Virus record (IMG/VR): IMGVR_UViG_3300013121_000046
Length of the DNA stretch: 64,000 bases
Reading direction: 5' to 3' (one strand)
Source of the DNA: a virus
Taxonomy: Duplodnaviria; Caudoviricetes
Shown here: positions 26,290-35,846 of the stretch, in pieces
How the letters are laid out: each line of letters begins with the position of its first letter
How positions within the stretch are numbered: position 1 is the stretch's first letter
Translations under genes and position numbers: made by a program
Notes under the pieces: generated by a model
The model's database searches: none
Told to the model about the DNA's origin: nothing
Seen by the model: only the letters and a program-made list of their open reading frames with translations

Positions 26290-26916
26290 CTAAACTTTTC
26301 CGGCTACAAATCTCTGGTCATCATCCTCATCGTAGTCTTCATCATAGTCCGTTTCCGGACTTTTAAGCCCCAAATCCTCAGGAATCAATTCTTTCAAAAC
26401 CGATAAGTCCCAAGGATTGACTTGCTCATGGTCATCAAAGACCCACTTAGTCCCTGCTCCCAAAGGGGGTAAGGAAAACTCCCTGATTATAGACCTAATC
26501 GCCGTAGATTCTACCATCGGGGCATCATTTCCATGATAAATATTGTAACCTTTTGACAGAGGGATGGCTACTCGACCCCTTGGAAGAGCCGAATAGTGCC
26601 CAGACAATCTGCCCATCTGCGGCCCCCAAATTTCTTTCAGCATAGGGACTACAGATACCTCCCAAACATGCTGATGGAGACTATTCCCATCTGAATCAAA
26701 ATACGACCAAATATCCCAGAGTATCTGAGTATCTGAACCCTTACCCTTTCGACTGGGAACCCAGTAGAAGGCTCCTGTCTTTGGTCTGCCCGCCTTACGG
26801 GTCTTCCCTCGATGCTGCTTAGCTCTACGCGCAGCCTCCTGCATGTACGCTCCCCAATCTGCCTCATTACTGGAAAAAAATTCCACTGGTGTATTTTTCA
26901 TTTTTGTTGTCGCCAA
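26290..26916 (-). CDS. hypothetical protein (YWVP/PRGR family)
   Basis: GAFYWVP, HQHVW, YSALPRGRV, FDDHE; paralog of 30347-31210. Confidence 0.75.
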   Translation of the reverse strand: MATTKMKNTPVEFFSSNEADWGAYMQEAARRAKQHRGKTRKAGRPKTGAFYWVPSRKGKGSDTQILWDIWSYFDSDGNSLHQHVWEVSVVPMLKEIWGPQMGRLSGHYSALPRGRVAIPLSKGYNIYHGNDAPMVESTAIRSIIREFSLPPLGAGTKWVFDDHEQVNPWDLSVLKELIPEDLGLKSPETDYDEDYDEDDDQRFVAGKV

Positions 26917-29900
26917 ATACTGTTAGGGGCGGTCAACCCTGAAACTGTAATAGGGACTAAACTAGGCGAATTCCTTGGATACTTTAACCCTCTAGTCCCT
27001 GGGAGGGCAGGTAGCTGCACAGAAAAACTCACATCTCCCGTCTGCCTAATCCATACCCCAAAAGGACTAGCCGAATCCTCCGTCAAAACACTCCCCTGAG
27101 GAAACACCAGGGTATTACCATCACAAGTCATCACGGCTGCCGGAGAATAACTTACCACATGTGGAACCACTGGATCTGACAAATCTCGGGCTTCTCCCGC
27201 CGGTTGAAAGGTCAATCTCAGTATCCTTTTCCCCCCACCAGCCATGCCTGACAGGATATAGCGAGTCCCCCATCTATGTATATACTCAGATATTTGGGGG
27301 ATTGGGGCCATTCCCTGGTTTTCTGTTAAACTTGCCACCTCCGAAATAGCGTCATATATAGTTTTACTGGATAAAAAGTGATCCTCATCCCCCTGTACCC
27401 AAAGCTGAAGAAACTCCCCCTGCAAAAAAGTATGGAAAACTATCTCAGCTAACCATCCAGGAGAATCTTTCCAAAGCCAGGCCCAAGAAAGATTTGTGAT
27501 CGTACTCAAATTCGTTGAACCCGCGTCCGGTACCAACGTACCCCTCGAATAGGTGATACCCCCCGAAAAAGCTTGAAACTCCTGCGGGGACTCCAAATAA
27601 AGGTACGCTGCGGTAGTAGAAGTAGCCCGAGAAAGGAGGTTCTGCGAGGCTGCCCCCCTAGTTGGAGAGTATGGCTCTTGGTAAATTATCCTGTCCACAA
27701 AGTTGGTATAGCTCCAACTCCCACCAGAAGTGTAGCTACCGTTACCGGTACTACCTACCAATCGAAAATTATCAGCGTCTACCTTCGTAATTCGCCAGGA
27801 ACCGTTTGCCGCAGTATTACCCCCAACACCAGATATAACAACAGTCATACCACTAAACAAACCATGCGCAGCACTAGTAATCTGAATTGGGGAGGCATTA
27901 GTCGCCCCACTAATACTGCCTGTTATCGTCGCAGGAACATTGTACTCCACACTCTCGACAACAAACATATTAACATAACTGGCCGTGATGTTTCCAGAAA
28001 CATTCCCATCGAAAATTACGTGGACTTCTCCAGTGTACCAATTTATACTCCCAGGCTCAGCCACATCTCCCTCAAAGATACCAGCACCAGTATCAGAGGC
28101 TGTCTTTCCCCCTACCGTCAAAGACAGTCTTGTGGATGCCGCACCTACTTCAGACCCGGGATATATGGGCAAATCCGGCAATGTAAATGTGTACTCCGCC
28201 CCACCATTCGCCACCTCCACAACCTTACTCACCGTGGAAGACGCAAAACTAGCTCCATAAGATCCTGACGGAATAATCCTAATCATATCCCCAGTTTGGT
28301 AGCCAATAGCCCCTAAGTCATTTCCGGAGGCATAGGCAATCCCGGAGAGAGCCGATTCCGCTTGTCGAAAGATATCAACTGTAACTTTACCTTGGGCTGT
28401 GCGAGAAAGACTTCTAATTTTCAATTCAGATCTTGGGTAGGTACAACGTCTTGTAGAGCTTAAAGGTACTGTCCGATTATCCGAAAAAGCATTGGCTATA
28501 AAATCAATGTTATAGCCATAATTTCTAGGTTGGGATAAACTTCCGGAAGGACCATTCAAAGTAAAGAGATTAGCCTTCTTAAAAAATACATTGGGAGCAA
28601 TAGGAGAGGTGCTAGTATGAATAAGCTCATCAAAATTAGACCCCAATAGATTCATACCCACATAAACTTGCCAAGCGGAGAAAGTGGTTACATATCTAGA
28701 GGCCCTAGAATAGAACCCCAACACGGACTCAATGGCTAACTGCTGCGTACTAGACTGAGTAAAATTAGTAGTCGGGTTCTGAGAAAATTGATATTGGAGA
28801 TACCTACCACATACATCCTGAATACCCTGTTCGTTGTCCTGCCACAACTTAGAAGCCAATAAAACCGTATGAAAATTATCGGTTTGATTGGCCATTGCAG
28901 CCGCATCCGAGAGATACCTCCACTGCTCTTCTTCTTGAGTAGAGCTAATGATGGTCACAATTTTTTCATCAAATTCAGCATCTTGACTCACAGCATAATC
29001 ATGGAGTCGGTTAACCCAATCCCCAATTTGTCTTGTATGGTACTCTTTCAGATGTTCATAATTAGGTAGATGCAGATTCTGTCCTACCAAAACAGCCGAC
29101 ACCCCATTCCCTCCAGGCTCTCTTGTAAACGACCAATCTGACTCTCTTTGATCCTGATAGACATACCGATAGGCATTAGCGTCCGCTAATGTCGCGACTG
29201 AAGCTACCCCAGTCAGGGAAGAAATATTAACGTCTATTCTACGAAGTTGCTCAGCCCGCTCATATCTCCAGTTTTCTTCATCATCATTATAAAACATCAA
29301 GGTAAATGATCGAATTACCCCCGAGGATACAGTAATATCCCCAATCCAAACATGAGTCACATTACTGAGAGCCTCTACCGCATCGACAATTTGTTGAGCA
29401 GTAGCATTGTAGGGGATAGATGCAGTTGTCTGGGGATTACTGTTAGATACTGTCCGACCGTTATAAGGATCATACACCGTTAGGGTAAATGAACCCCCGG
29501 TGGGAGTGGCATTCCAAGTGAAAGAACGACAAGCTATCCGCACCCCGCCAAAACCCAAGGTTCCATATAGACCGCGACGATCCTCGGGTACCGCGATTAG
29601 AGTAGGATAAATATCCTCTACGGCTGGAAGAAGGTCCGCAGCCTCTGCGGCCATGTCAGCTATCCCATAACCAGCCTGCACCACATGCTCTCGCATGGGG
29701 TATATTTTTGGCATATGGACGATCTTTTCAGAGATATCATCAGCATATGCTAAAGTCTCAGCATTACTGTTAGCCCTTTCAGAGACACAGAAATAATTTC
29801 TATTATTATCGCTATGATCTGTGTCAAAAGCTACCGCAGCATCCCACCGCTCTTGAAGTGTTCCCCAACCTTCAGGAGGTGTTAAGCCAAAAAAATCACT

Positions 29901-30350
29901 TGAACGATTCAAAAAATGTGTCTGGAGAACCGCCATCAATCGTTCCCCATCAGATATCTGCGTCCCTAACCCATAACTCGAAAGAAAGCTTAAGTTCGGT
30001 ACCAATAAACAGGAATAAACCGGCTGAGCCGCTGAGTCCGGCTGCGAATTCATCCATGCAGGTTCAGTTCGTAAGATCAAACATAACCCTAAGATCCCTT
30101 CTCCTCGCAGTGTATTAACATCCAAGTTCTCAGAATGGTAGGTTGCAATCTCTGTACCCAATAGAGTAAGAAGCGAACTTCCTGAAGTATCTCCAACCAA
30201 ACTTGGGTATCCGGCTGTCGCCAAACTACTACCCGTCGCAGTATTGATATACCCGTAGGTAGACAGAAACTCACAAGTTTCCTGAGGAGCCATCAAATAC
30301 AAAAGGCCCCGTAAAGTCGGGGCCGTAACATCATAAGTTACTTCGGTCAT
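26898..30350 (-). CDS. large virion/tail-associated protein
   Basis: ~1150 aa; PTGGSFTLT...IPYNATAQQIVDAVEAL module and ISGATNASPIQITSAAHGL...ANGSWRIT module seen in phage tail and surface proteins. Confidence 0.7.
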   Translation of the reverse strand: MTEVTYDVTAPTLRGLLYLMAPQETCEFLSTYGYINTATGSSLATAGYPSLVGDTSGSSLLTLLGTEIATYHSENLDVNTLRGEGILGLCLILRTEPAWMNSQPDSAAQPVYSCLLVPNLSFLSSYGLGTQISDGERLMAVLQTHFLNRSSDFFGLTPPEGWGTLQERWDAAVAFDTDHSDNNRNYFCVSERANSNAETLAYADDISEKIVHMPKIYPMREHVVQAGYGIADMAAEAADLLPAVEDIYPTLIAVPEDRRGLYGTLGFGGVRIACRSFTWNATPTGGSFTLTVYDPYNGRTVSNSNPQTTASIPYNATAQQIVDAVEALSNVTHVWIGDITVSSGVIRSFTLMFYNDDEENWRYERAEQLRRIDVNISSLTGVASVATLADANAYRYVYQDQRESDWSFTREPGGNGVSAVLVGQNLHLPNYEHLKEYHTRQIGDWVNRLHDYAVSQDAEFDEKIVTIISSTQEEEQWRYLSDAAAMANQTDNFHTVLLASKLWQDNEQGIQDVCGRYLQYQFSQNPTTNFTQSSTQQLAIESVLGFYSRASRYVTTFSAWQVYVGMNLLGSNFDELIHTSTSPIAPNVFFKKANLFTLNGPSGSLSQPRNYGYNIDFIANAFSDNRTVPLSSTRRCTYPRSELKIRSLSRTAQGKVTVDIFRQAESALSGIAYASGNDLGAIGYQTGDMIRIIPSGSYGASFASSTVSKVVEVANGGAEYTFTLPDLPIYPGSEVGAASTRLSLTVGGKTASDTGAGIFEGDVAEPGSINWYTGEVHVIFDGNVSGNITASYVNMFVVESVEYNVPATITGSISGATNASPIQITSAAHGLFSGMTVVISGVGGNTAANGSWRITKVDADNFRLVGSTGNGSYTSGGSWSYTNFVDRIIYQEPYSPTRGAASQNLLSRATSTTAAYLYLESPQEFQAFSGGITYSRGTLVPDAGSTNLSTITNLSWAWLWKDSPGWLAEIVFHTFLQGEFLQLWVQGDEDHFLSSKTIYDAISEVASLTENQGMAPIPQISEYIHRWGTRYILSGMAGGGKRILRLTFQPAGEARDLSDPVVPHVVSYSPAAVMTCDGNTLVFPQGSVLTEDSASPFGVWIRQTGDVSFSVQLPALPGTRGLKYPRNSPSLVPITVSGLTAPNSIWRQQK

Positions 30351-31210
30351 AGTGAGTATTCCCCTACGGCTAACCAAACTAAAACTTTACTACCACCCCT
30401 AGATTTTACTTCTTCCACCCTCTCTTCTCCCCCAATAACGGAAAAAAACCCGTCCTTAAAATAGACTACCGGAAGACCCTTGAGCGTAGGTCTCGAATCA
30501 TTCTTTGAGTACTGTAAGTCTTCTACCTTTAACAGTTTATCTATGTACACCACTAAATCCTGAGACACATAGACCTTCTCGCCCGGAATAAAATGCTCAC
30601 CGGGCATCCCTTGTAGCTCCTCCAATTTTTCCATTTGCCTTGAAGTTAAGCCTACACCATAGGAGGAAAAAGTCTTTCTCTGCACATCACCTCTATTTGT
30701 ATGACCAATCTGATTCAACAAAGACATCAACTTTTCATACGCCTTCGGGGTAGGGTCCCAATGCTCATCGGTGATTACCCTAATATTTTCTTCCTTACGA
30801 TTAAAAGCAGTCAGAACTTTTCCTGGAGCATAGGGAATCAAACGGTTCTCTAAAGAACCTTTCCCCCAATTATTCCCGGAGATTCTCCCACGAGGAAAAG
30901 CACTAAAATGCAAAGCTAGAGCATCGGTACTGATTTCCCAAGTCGCTCTTACGAAAGCCAAGACCTCTGAAAATACATGCGGGTGCTTTAGCTGATTGAA
31001 TCGTAAATAACGACTCTCTTCTGATTCTCCTGGAATAGACTCCAAGAACCAAGACAACAGCCTCCAGCCCTCAGGGACTGGAACCCAATAATAAATACCA
31101 TCCAGAGGACTATCAGCATAGGCCAATCGCATCGCCGCCGCAATGCGAGTAATCTCATAAGCCCGCTCTCGATCCCCCGCAAGAGGAGCCCTCGTCGGGT
31201 ACAAAGACAT
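30347..31210 (-). CDS. YWVP/PRGR-family protein with degenerate ParB-like C-terminal domain
   Basis: Start MSLYP (longer ORF overlaps tRNA); GIYYWVP, FSAFPRGRI, DEHW; C-term LPVVY..DG.FSVIGGEERV....RG...V.V. Confidence 0.7.
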   Translation of the reverse strand: MSLYPTRAPLAGDRERAYEITRIAAAMRLAYADSPLDGIYYWVPVPEGWRLLSWFLESIPGESEESRYLRFNQLKHPHVFSEVLAFVRATWEISTDALALHFSAFPRGRISGNNWGKGSLENRLIPYAPGKVLTAFNRKEENIRVITDEHWDPTPKAYEKLMSLLNQIGHTNRGDVQRKTFSSYGVGLTSRQMEKLEELQGMPGEHFIPGEKVYVSQDLVVYIDKLLKVEDLQYSKNDSRPTLKGLPVVYFKDGFFSVIGGEERVEEVKSRGGSKVLVWLAVGEYSL

Positions 31211-31240
31211 AGGGGAAATCTCCGGCAAAAACCTATAAAG

Positions 31241-31313
31241 AGCTAACGGAGGGACTTGAACCCACAACCTACTGATTACAAATCAGTCGCTCTGCCAATT
31301 GAGCTACGCTAGC
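31241..31313 (-). tRNA. trnT: tRNA-Thr(TGT)
   Basis: GCTAGCG acceptor, ACTGA-TTTGTAA-TCAGT anticodon arm, GGTTCAAGTCC. Confidence 0.93.
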
Positions 31314-31379
31314 TTTAATTTTTCTCAGCGGGGTAACTACCCCAAGGGCAGACTGGCTGCTCCATCTGACGTGCCACAA

Positions 31380-31515
31380 TATCTTTTACATATCGGTACC
31401 CTACCCCATTCTTATGGGATATCTGCGAACCCCGATTCAATCATCTCCACCCGCCGGGCTTCTCGGACAATTGTAACAGGATTCTAGGCAAGTATCGCTT
31501 AGTATTCACAACAGA
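31380..31515 (-). ncRNA. candidate small structured RNA, copy B
   Basis: Shares TACTTGCC...AGAAGCCCGGCGGGTGGAGA core with copy A. Confidence 0.45.
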
Positions 31516-31595
31516 AAATTTATACAGTAGGTTGTTTTGCTAATCCATAAACACTACCCTCCTTATATCATCGACCAAACATTACCTCTAGATAC

Positions 31596-31629
31596 GAAAA
31601 CAGCCTGGTATAAACACCAGGCTGTTTTC
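31596..31629 (-). terminator. terminator-like hairpin between the two RNA copies
   Basis: 14-bp perfect arms GAAAACAGCCTGGT/ACCAGGCTGTTTTC. Confidence 0.75.
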
Positions 31630-31684
31630 AATGGTTTCATACTACCATCACGAACACTAACACTAACATTTAATTAATTTTTAT

Positions 31685-31818
31685 GTAACACTCCACCGGT
31701 CTCGGCCAGTCTCCACCCGCCGGGCTTCTTAGACCTTTCTACTCCGGTGTCCTTGTCTCGTGGCCCTCGATTCCAAGGGCGAGAGACTCGGCAAGTACCA
31801 TACGCTAAGACCTGGCAT
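31685..31818 (-). ncRNA. candidate small structured RNA, copy A
   Basis: Outer stem GCCAG.GTCTT/GAGACTGGC, inner TACTTGCC/GGCGGGTG, hairpin GTCTC..GCCCT/AGGGC..GAGAC, loop CACCGG pairs with downstream CCGGTG. Confidence 0.5.
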
Positions 31819-31937
31819 AATCACTCTAGCACGAAATTAGGCTTGCCTGAGAGTCAAAAAGTCGGCAAGTTACCCACATAGGAAGCTGTATATAACAGAC
31901 CTCGCTTAAAGTGGCCCCCTACTGGGTAACTTTAACC

Positions 31938-32285
31938 TTACTTCTCGTCAAACAGCTTGGCCCACTGAGTTAGAGCCGTCCGGGCGAAACTCACCGAACC
32001 AACCTCCCGGACGAAATTTCGAGCCGCCGTCAAGTGCAGCAACGACACCGCACCCTCTGTCGCATCCGCTGGCACAGCCAAGACCTGAACCTTCTTGGTC
32101 CGACGCCGCTTCAGCTTCGACTTCGCCAGGCACCGAATCTGCGAGACGTACGTCGGAGTGACCCCCAAATCCTTCAAGGCTTCCGCCACCTCCTTCGGAG
32201 TCGCCTTCGGATTCTGAGTCAAATACTCCCGAATCGCCTGCGAACGATTCGCCTTTTCCGTCTCCCGCACTTCCTTCGTAGCCAT
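31938..32285 (-). CDS. small basic DNA-binding protein of a type common in Planctomycetota
   Basis: NRSQAIREYLTQNPKATPKEVAEAL..GVTPTYVSQIR, basic linker, C-term L.AA..FV..VG....A..AL; GC-rich. Confidence 0.75.
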   Translation of the reverse strand: MATKEVRETEKANRSQAIREYLTQNPKATPKEVAEALKDLGVTPTYVSQIRCLAKSKLKRRRTKKVQVLAVPADATEGAVSLLHLTAARNFVREVGSVSFARTALTQWAKLFDEK

Positions 32286-32491
32286 TCCTATCTCCCAAAA
32301 AGTTTGACCTACTCGGGTACCAAGAGTACCGTACTCTCTATTTAAGCCAGAACTAGACTAGACGATTTTAACCTCACGTATCGTCTAGTTCTGTATCCCC
32401 TAAGTTGGTCGGTTGATACACTAGTATACCCGAAAAAAATTCCTTTTAACCCATAAGTAGAAAAATTTTTCAAATTACCCCAAAGGGGGGG

Positions 32492-33028
32492 CTACGCCAT
32501 GCACAAAAATTGTCCCCCCAACTGTGTATTGTACTCGGTATGATTCGTAATCCAAGTCCAGTAATCCCAAATAGATAGGATATCTCTGTACAGAGCCACC
32601 TCAACCTCCGAAAGCTGCCGTCGATGAGACCCTACCGAACCAATAATATCTGCCACTTCATAGGCTAACTTCGAGGCAGACACACCGGAAATGGGCGGCT
32701 GGCCACATTTATCCCAGAGCATGGCCTCGCCCAAGGGGCGAAGTAGGGGGTCCCCCACTGCCTGCATAGCCACCTCCCGAAAATGCCCACCACGTTCTTC
32801 CCACTGCCGCATTAGTTGGGGCCGAGATACCCTCGCAAAAGTCACCAGAGTGTCCAACAAGCTGGCCTGTAAATCCTCTACCTGTAGGGGAACCTCTGAA
32901 GCCTTGGTACAATTTTTCTGTGCGTTTTGCCACCACTCCTTTCGCAGGGACTCCAACATACTTTCTGTGTATTCGAGTGCCTCTGGAGCCAAAACAGCCG
33001 ATACCGTTACTTTAGGTGTAGTGAACAT
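32492..33028 (-). CDS. hypothetical protein
   Basis: 178-aa ORF. Confidence 0.7.
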   Translation of the reverse strand: MFTTPKVTVSAVLAPEALEYTESMLESLRKEWWQNAQKNCTKASEVPLQVEDLQASLLDTLVTFARVSRPQLMRQWEERGGHFREVAMQAVGDPLLRPLGEAMLWDKCGQPPISGVSASKLAYEVADIIGSVGSHRRQLSEVEVALYRDILSIWDYWTWITNHTEYNTQLGGQFLCMA

Positions 33029-33227
33029 TTAGGTACCCTAGCAACTATCTGCGACGAAGAGCCCAGGGAATCGTACTTCGCTGTTCAGACTGATTTGCAT
33101 TACCCGTGGGGGGTTTTTTTCCGGATCGCCAAAGCCCGGAATAATCTTGTGGTGAAAAAATAAAAGGTGGTACGAATCTTATCGGTGTTCTCTGTGTATT
33201 TCTCGCCCGCATATCCCCACCCCCTCC

Positions 33228-33434
33228 TTAACTTGCTACAGGAACTTTAGCCAAAAATTTCCTACAGATATGACAACGAAGAATCAGAGAGCCTGAATCA
33301 GGTTGAAATATCACATCCAATCCTCCCTCTCGATGTTCTTTGCACTCAATCGTGATCCCATCCCCAGAGTCTAGATCATACTGTGTACATAGAGAATTCA
33401 GAGTGCCTAAGAAAAGAACAGAAGAACTAGCCAT
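33228..33434 (-). CDS. small Zn-ribbon-like protein
   Basis: CKEH ... CHIC; GGAG RBS. Confidence 0.6.
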   Translation of the reverse strand: MASSSVLFLGTLNSLCTQYDLDSGDGITIECKEHREGGLDVIFQPDSGSLILRCHICRKFLAKVPVAS

Positions 33435-33445
33435 AGCTTCCGCTC

Positions 33446-33754
33446 CTAAGTATCTTCAATACCATCTCCATCACTGAAAATACCATTAAAGGGAGAATCC
33501 TCTACAGTATTAGCTGTCTTGATAATCTGAATAGTCTCAGACCAGTTTGAATTTTTAGGTATCGAAAACACTAAAGCAGGATTAACTGCTACAGAATTTT
33601 TATACCTAGCTGAAACCAACAGATTCCAACAATAACCCCCATCTCGTATCCCAGTAACTTTTCCGCCCCAATTTTGGCGGCTTCCCGAGAGACCATAAAC
33701 ATAATCCCCCACTTCAACCACCTCGGTTTTATTGCTTATCGTTCTGATTTCCAT
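33446..33754 (-). CDS. hypothetical protein (SH3-like beta fold possible)
   Basis: VEVGDYV...GKVTGI; probable start MEIRT. Confidence 0.5.
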   Translation of the reverse strand: MEIRTISNKTEVVEVGDYVYGLSGSRQNWGGKVTGIRDGGYCWNLLVSARYKNSVAVNPALVFSIPKNSNWSETIQIIKTANTVEDSPFNGIFSDGDGIEDT

Positions 33755-34134
33755 TCTTGGGTACTCGATAGAAGTTTTTGAGTATTCTTGTGCATACCTC
33801 GCTCTGAAAGTACAACCCCCCTTCGCCATTGATCGTAATGCAGCACCTCATGGCAGAGAGTCTCTTTTAAGTCATCCAGTATAGCTTCCTCTTCACCACT
33901 CCCAGGATAGATTATATCTATACCTAACCTGGGAGAAAAAACCTTACCCAAGAAGGTGTATTTCCTATCAATATAGAACAAACCTCGATAAGGCTTTTCT
34001 TTTGTTACTCGTAAAACCCGCACAAATATCCTGTGTGATATTTTCTTACACCGATTCAATTCCGCCCCATAGCTCTTAAAGAAAAAGACATGTTTTGTTG
34101 GGATGCTTCGGTCGATAGAGAATACCAAACCCAT
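33736..34134 (-). CDS. zincin-like (HExxH) domain protein
   Basis: ETLCHEVLHY motif. Confidence 0.65.
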   Translation of the reverse strand: MGLVFSIDRSIPTKHVFFFKSYGAELNRCKKISHRIFVRVLRVTKEKPYRGLFYIDRKYTFLGKVFSPRLGIDIIYPGSGEEEAILDDLKETLCHEVLHYDQWRRGVVLSERGMHKNTQKLLSSTQEWKSER

Positions 34135-34137
34135 CTA

Positions 34138-35808
34138 CTAACCTCCGGAATTTCTCCAAATTATATCAGAAGGCTCTCGTCGATTCTCCCCAACCTGATA
34201 CGGGTGGGCCTTATCCACCTTATACCGGCGATGTACGGAAGTTCCCTGCGAAGGAAATATCCAGTTTTGATTTCCACCTAAATCGGTACAGTTATCAAAG
34301 GCGAGAATTGAATTTCCCCCACTAGCATCACTGTCTTGAACGTTGACCCAGGCGACTGCTGACGTTCCCTCAACAATTAGCTCAAGGCCAGCACCAACCC
34401 ATTGAATAGTCTCACCAGAATTTCCCTGCGCCATAAATTCAGATGCTATAGTTAATGGGTTTCGATCAAGTCCAGTAGCCAAAAAGTCAAACTCTGAACT
34501 CTGTGTAACAGTTACTCCGGGTGCAACTGTCAAGTAGCCTATATTTCCACCCAGCAAGGTAACATCTGTTTGCAAAGAAACATTGGAAACAATATCTTCC
34601 GTAGCACTATAAAACTGGTTCGCAGCAATTCCTGGGTCATCTACATCCACAATTGTAACCATAGTACTTGGATTAGTCACAATAGAGTACGTCGTAGGAC
34701 TAAACCCATACCCCAGAACAAAATTAGAACTAGTTATGGCAGCCCCAGAGATATCTAATGTTACTGAGGGAGTATTCTCTGATGAAATTGCTAGGAAGGC
34801 TCTTGTGACTAAGCTTATCCCAGAAAAATCTAGCTCTCCCTTCCAATGATTTATCTGAAAATAATCAATCGTATACTCCCCATCCGCCCAACTCAGCACA
34901 TGTGGATCACTGCTGAATGCGTCGAAAACACTAACTACACCAGGATATACCCCGGGAGGGATAACAGTATCAATTACATACAAACCACCTGAGATAAGTA
35001 AATCCCCAAGATTAAATATCGAGGATTCTCCTCGGGTCATCGTACAACCCTGAGTCAAATACAACCCTGCACCAGAAAGAATATCCGGGTCTCTATCTTC
35101 CGGATCCGCTAGAGTCCCATCTAGTACAAAACTTGTCATTACCGAAAAAATTAAGTCCTGCCCAGAGTCTGCCCAATCCAAGCTAGGAGGGAGAAGGTAC
35201 AGAGTTGCCCCTTCAGCTATATACAGAGTCTGGGCACTGGCTAACCCAGCCTTACATGTGTACGAACCGAAGACATTCAAAGCATAAGGACCCGAACCAT
35301 CATTATCGGCATAGAGATACTTATCTATACCGTAGAGATTATAGTTTGCTGTAGAGGTTAGCTCACAATCATTAGTATCAATCGTAACATCGCCATAAAA
35401 ATTAAGCGTAGCATTCCCAGTACGAAGAGACACTGACCCGGAACTTCCACTAACCACCGGATCATATAAGAGTAGATTTCCTTGCACCGTAAGAACTGAA
35501 TCACCTAATTCAATTCTTACATCTTGCTGATCCTCTGCTGAGTCCACCCAATGGATATCTTCCGCCACATCAACAGAATACCCTAACGTAGTCAATACTA
35601 CATCTGTACCATGAACAAAAAGTATCTCATCTACAGAAATATCTGCTGTTAAAGAACATGTACCATTATCAGCCATTCGATACTCAAAGATTGCAACATC
35701 CCCTTCCTGAGGATACCTAGAGGCTGGCCCAGAACCCCCTGAAGATTCAGCCCAATTGGTAGCGTCCTGCCAAACACCACCGTTTACCGCCCAATAAAAA
35801 TTGGCCAT
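34138..35808 (-). CDS. acidic beta-solenoid virion/surface-type protein
   Basis: N-term YW..GG.W...NW..SSGG.G.AS.P..GD.AIF; C-term VQDSDASGG...DLGGNQNW.F. Confidence 0.65.
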   Translation of the reverse strand: MANFYWAVNGGVWQDATNWAESSGGSGPASRYPQEGDVAIFEYRMADNGTCSLTADISVDEILFVHGTDVVLTTLGYSVDVAEDIHWVDSAEDQQDVRIELGDSVLTVQGNLLLYDPVVSGSSGSVSLRTGNATLNFYGDVTIDTNDCELTSTANYNLYGIDKYLYADNDGSGPYALNVFGSYTCKAGLASAQTLYIAEGATLYLLPPSLDWADSGQDLIFSVMTSFVLDGTLADPEDRDPDILSGAGLYLTQGCTMTRGESSIFNLGDLLISGGLYVIDTVIPPGVYPGVVSVFDAFSSDPHVLSWADGEYTIDYFQINHWKGELDFSGISLVTRAFLAISSENTPSVTLDISGAAITSSNFVLGYGFSPTTYSIVTNPSTMVTIVDVDDPGIAANQFYSATEDIVSNVSLQTDVTLLGGNIGYLTVAPGVTVTQSSEFDFLATGLDRNPLTIASEFMAQGNSGETIQWVGAGLELIVEGTSAVAWVNVQDSDASGGNSILAFDNCTDLGGNQNWIFPSQGTSVHRRYKVDKAHPYQVGENRREPSDIIWRNSGG

Positions 35809-35846
35809 TAGTTCCACACCCCCCTGCACACAAAATTAGTAAAATC

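Noticed and set aside
27573-28268. Plus-strand ORFs generally (e.g. 27573-28268, 59029-59520, 19429-19905)
   Set aside because: They are antisense shadows of well-supported minus-strand genes, with no motifs.
31380-31818. Canonical twister ribozyme or c-di-AMP riboswitch
   Set aside because: Only scattered short matches; required spacing and cleavage-site or ligand-pocket elements are missing, so it is kept as an unassigned RNA candidate.
31948-32298. Alternate-frame 116-aa Gly/Ser/Glu-rich ORF
   Set aside because: It is a same-strand shadow of the 31938-32285 gene, expected from GC-rich codon bias.
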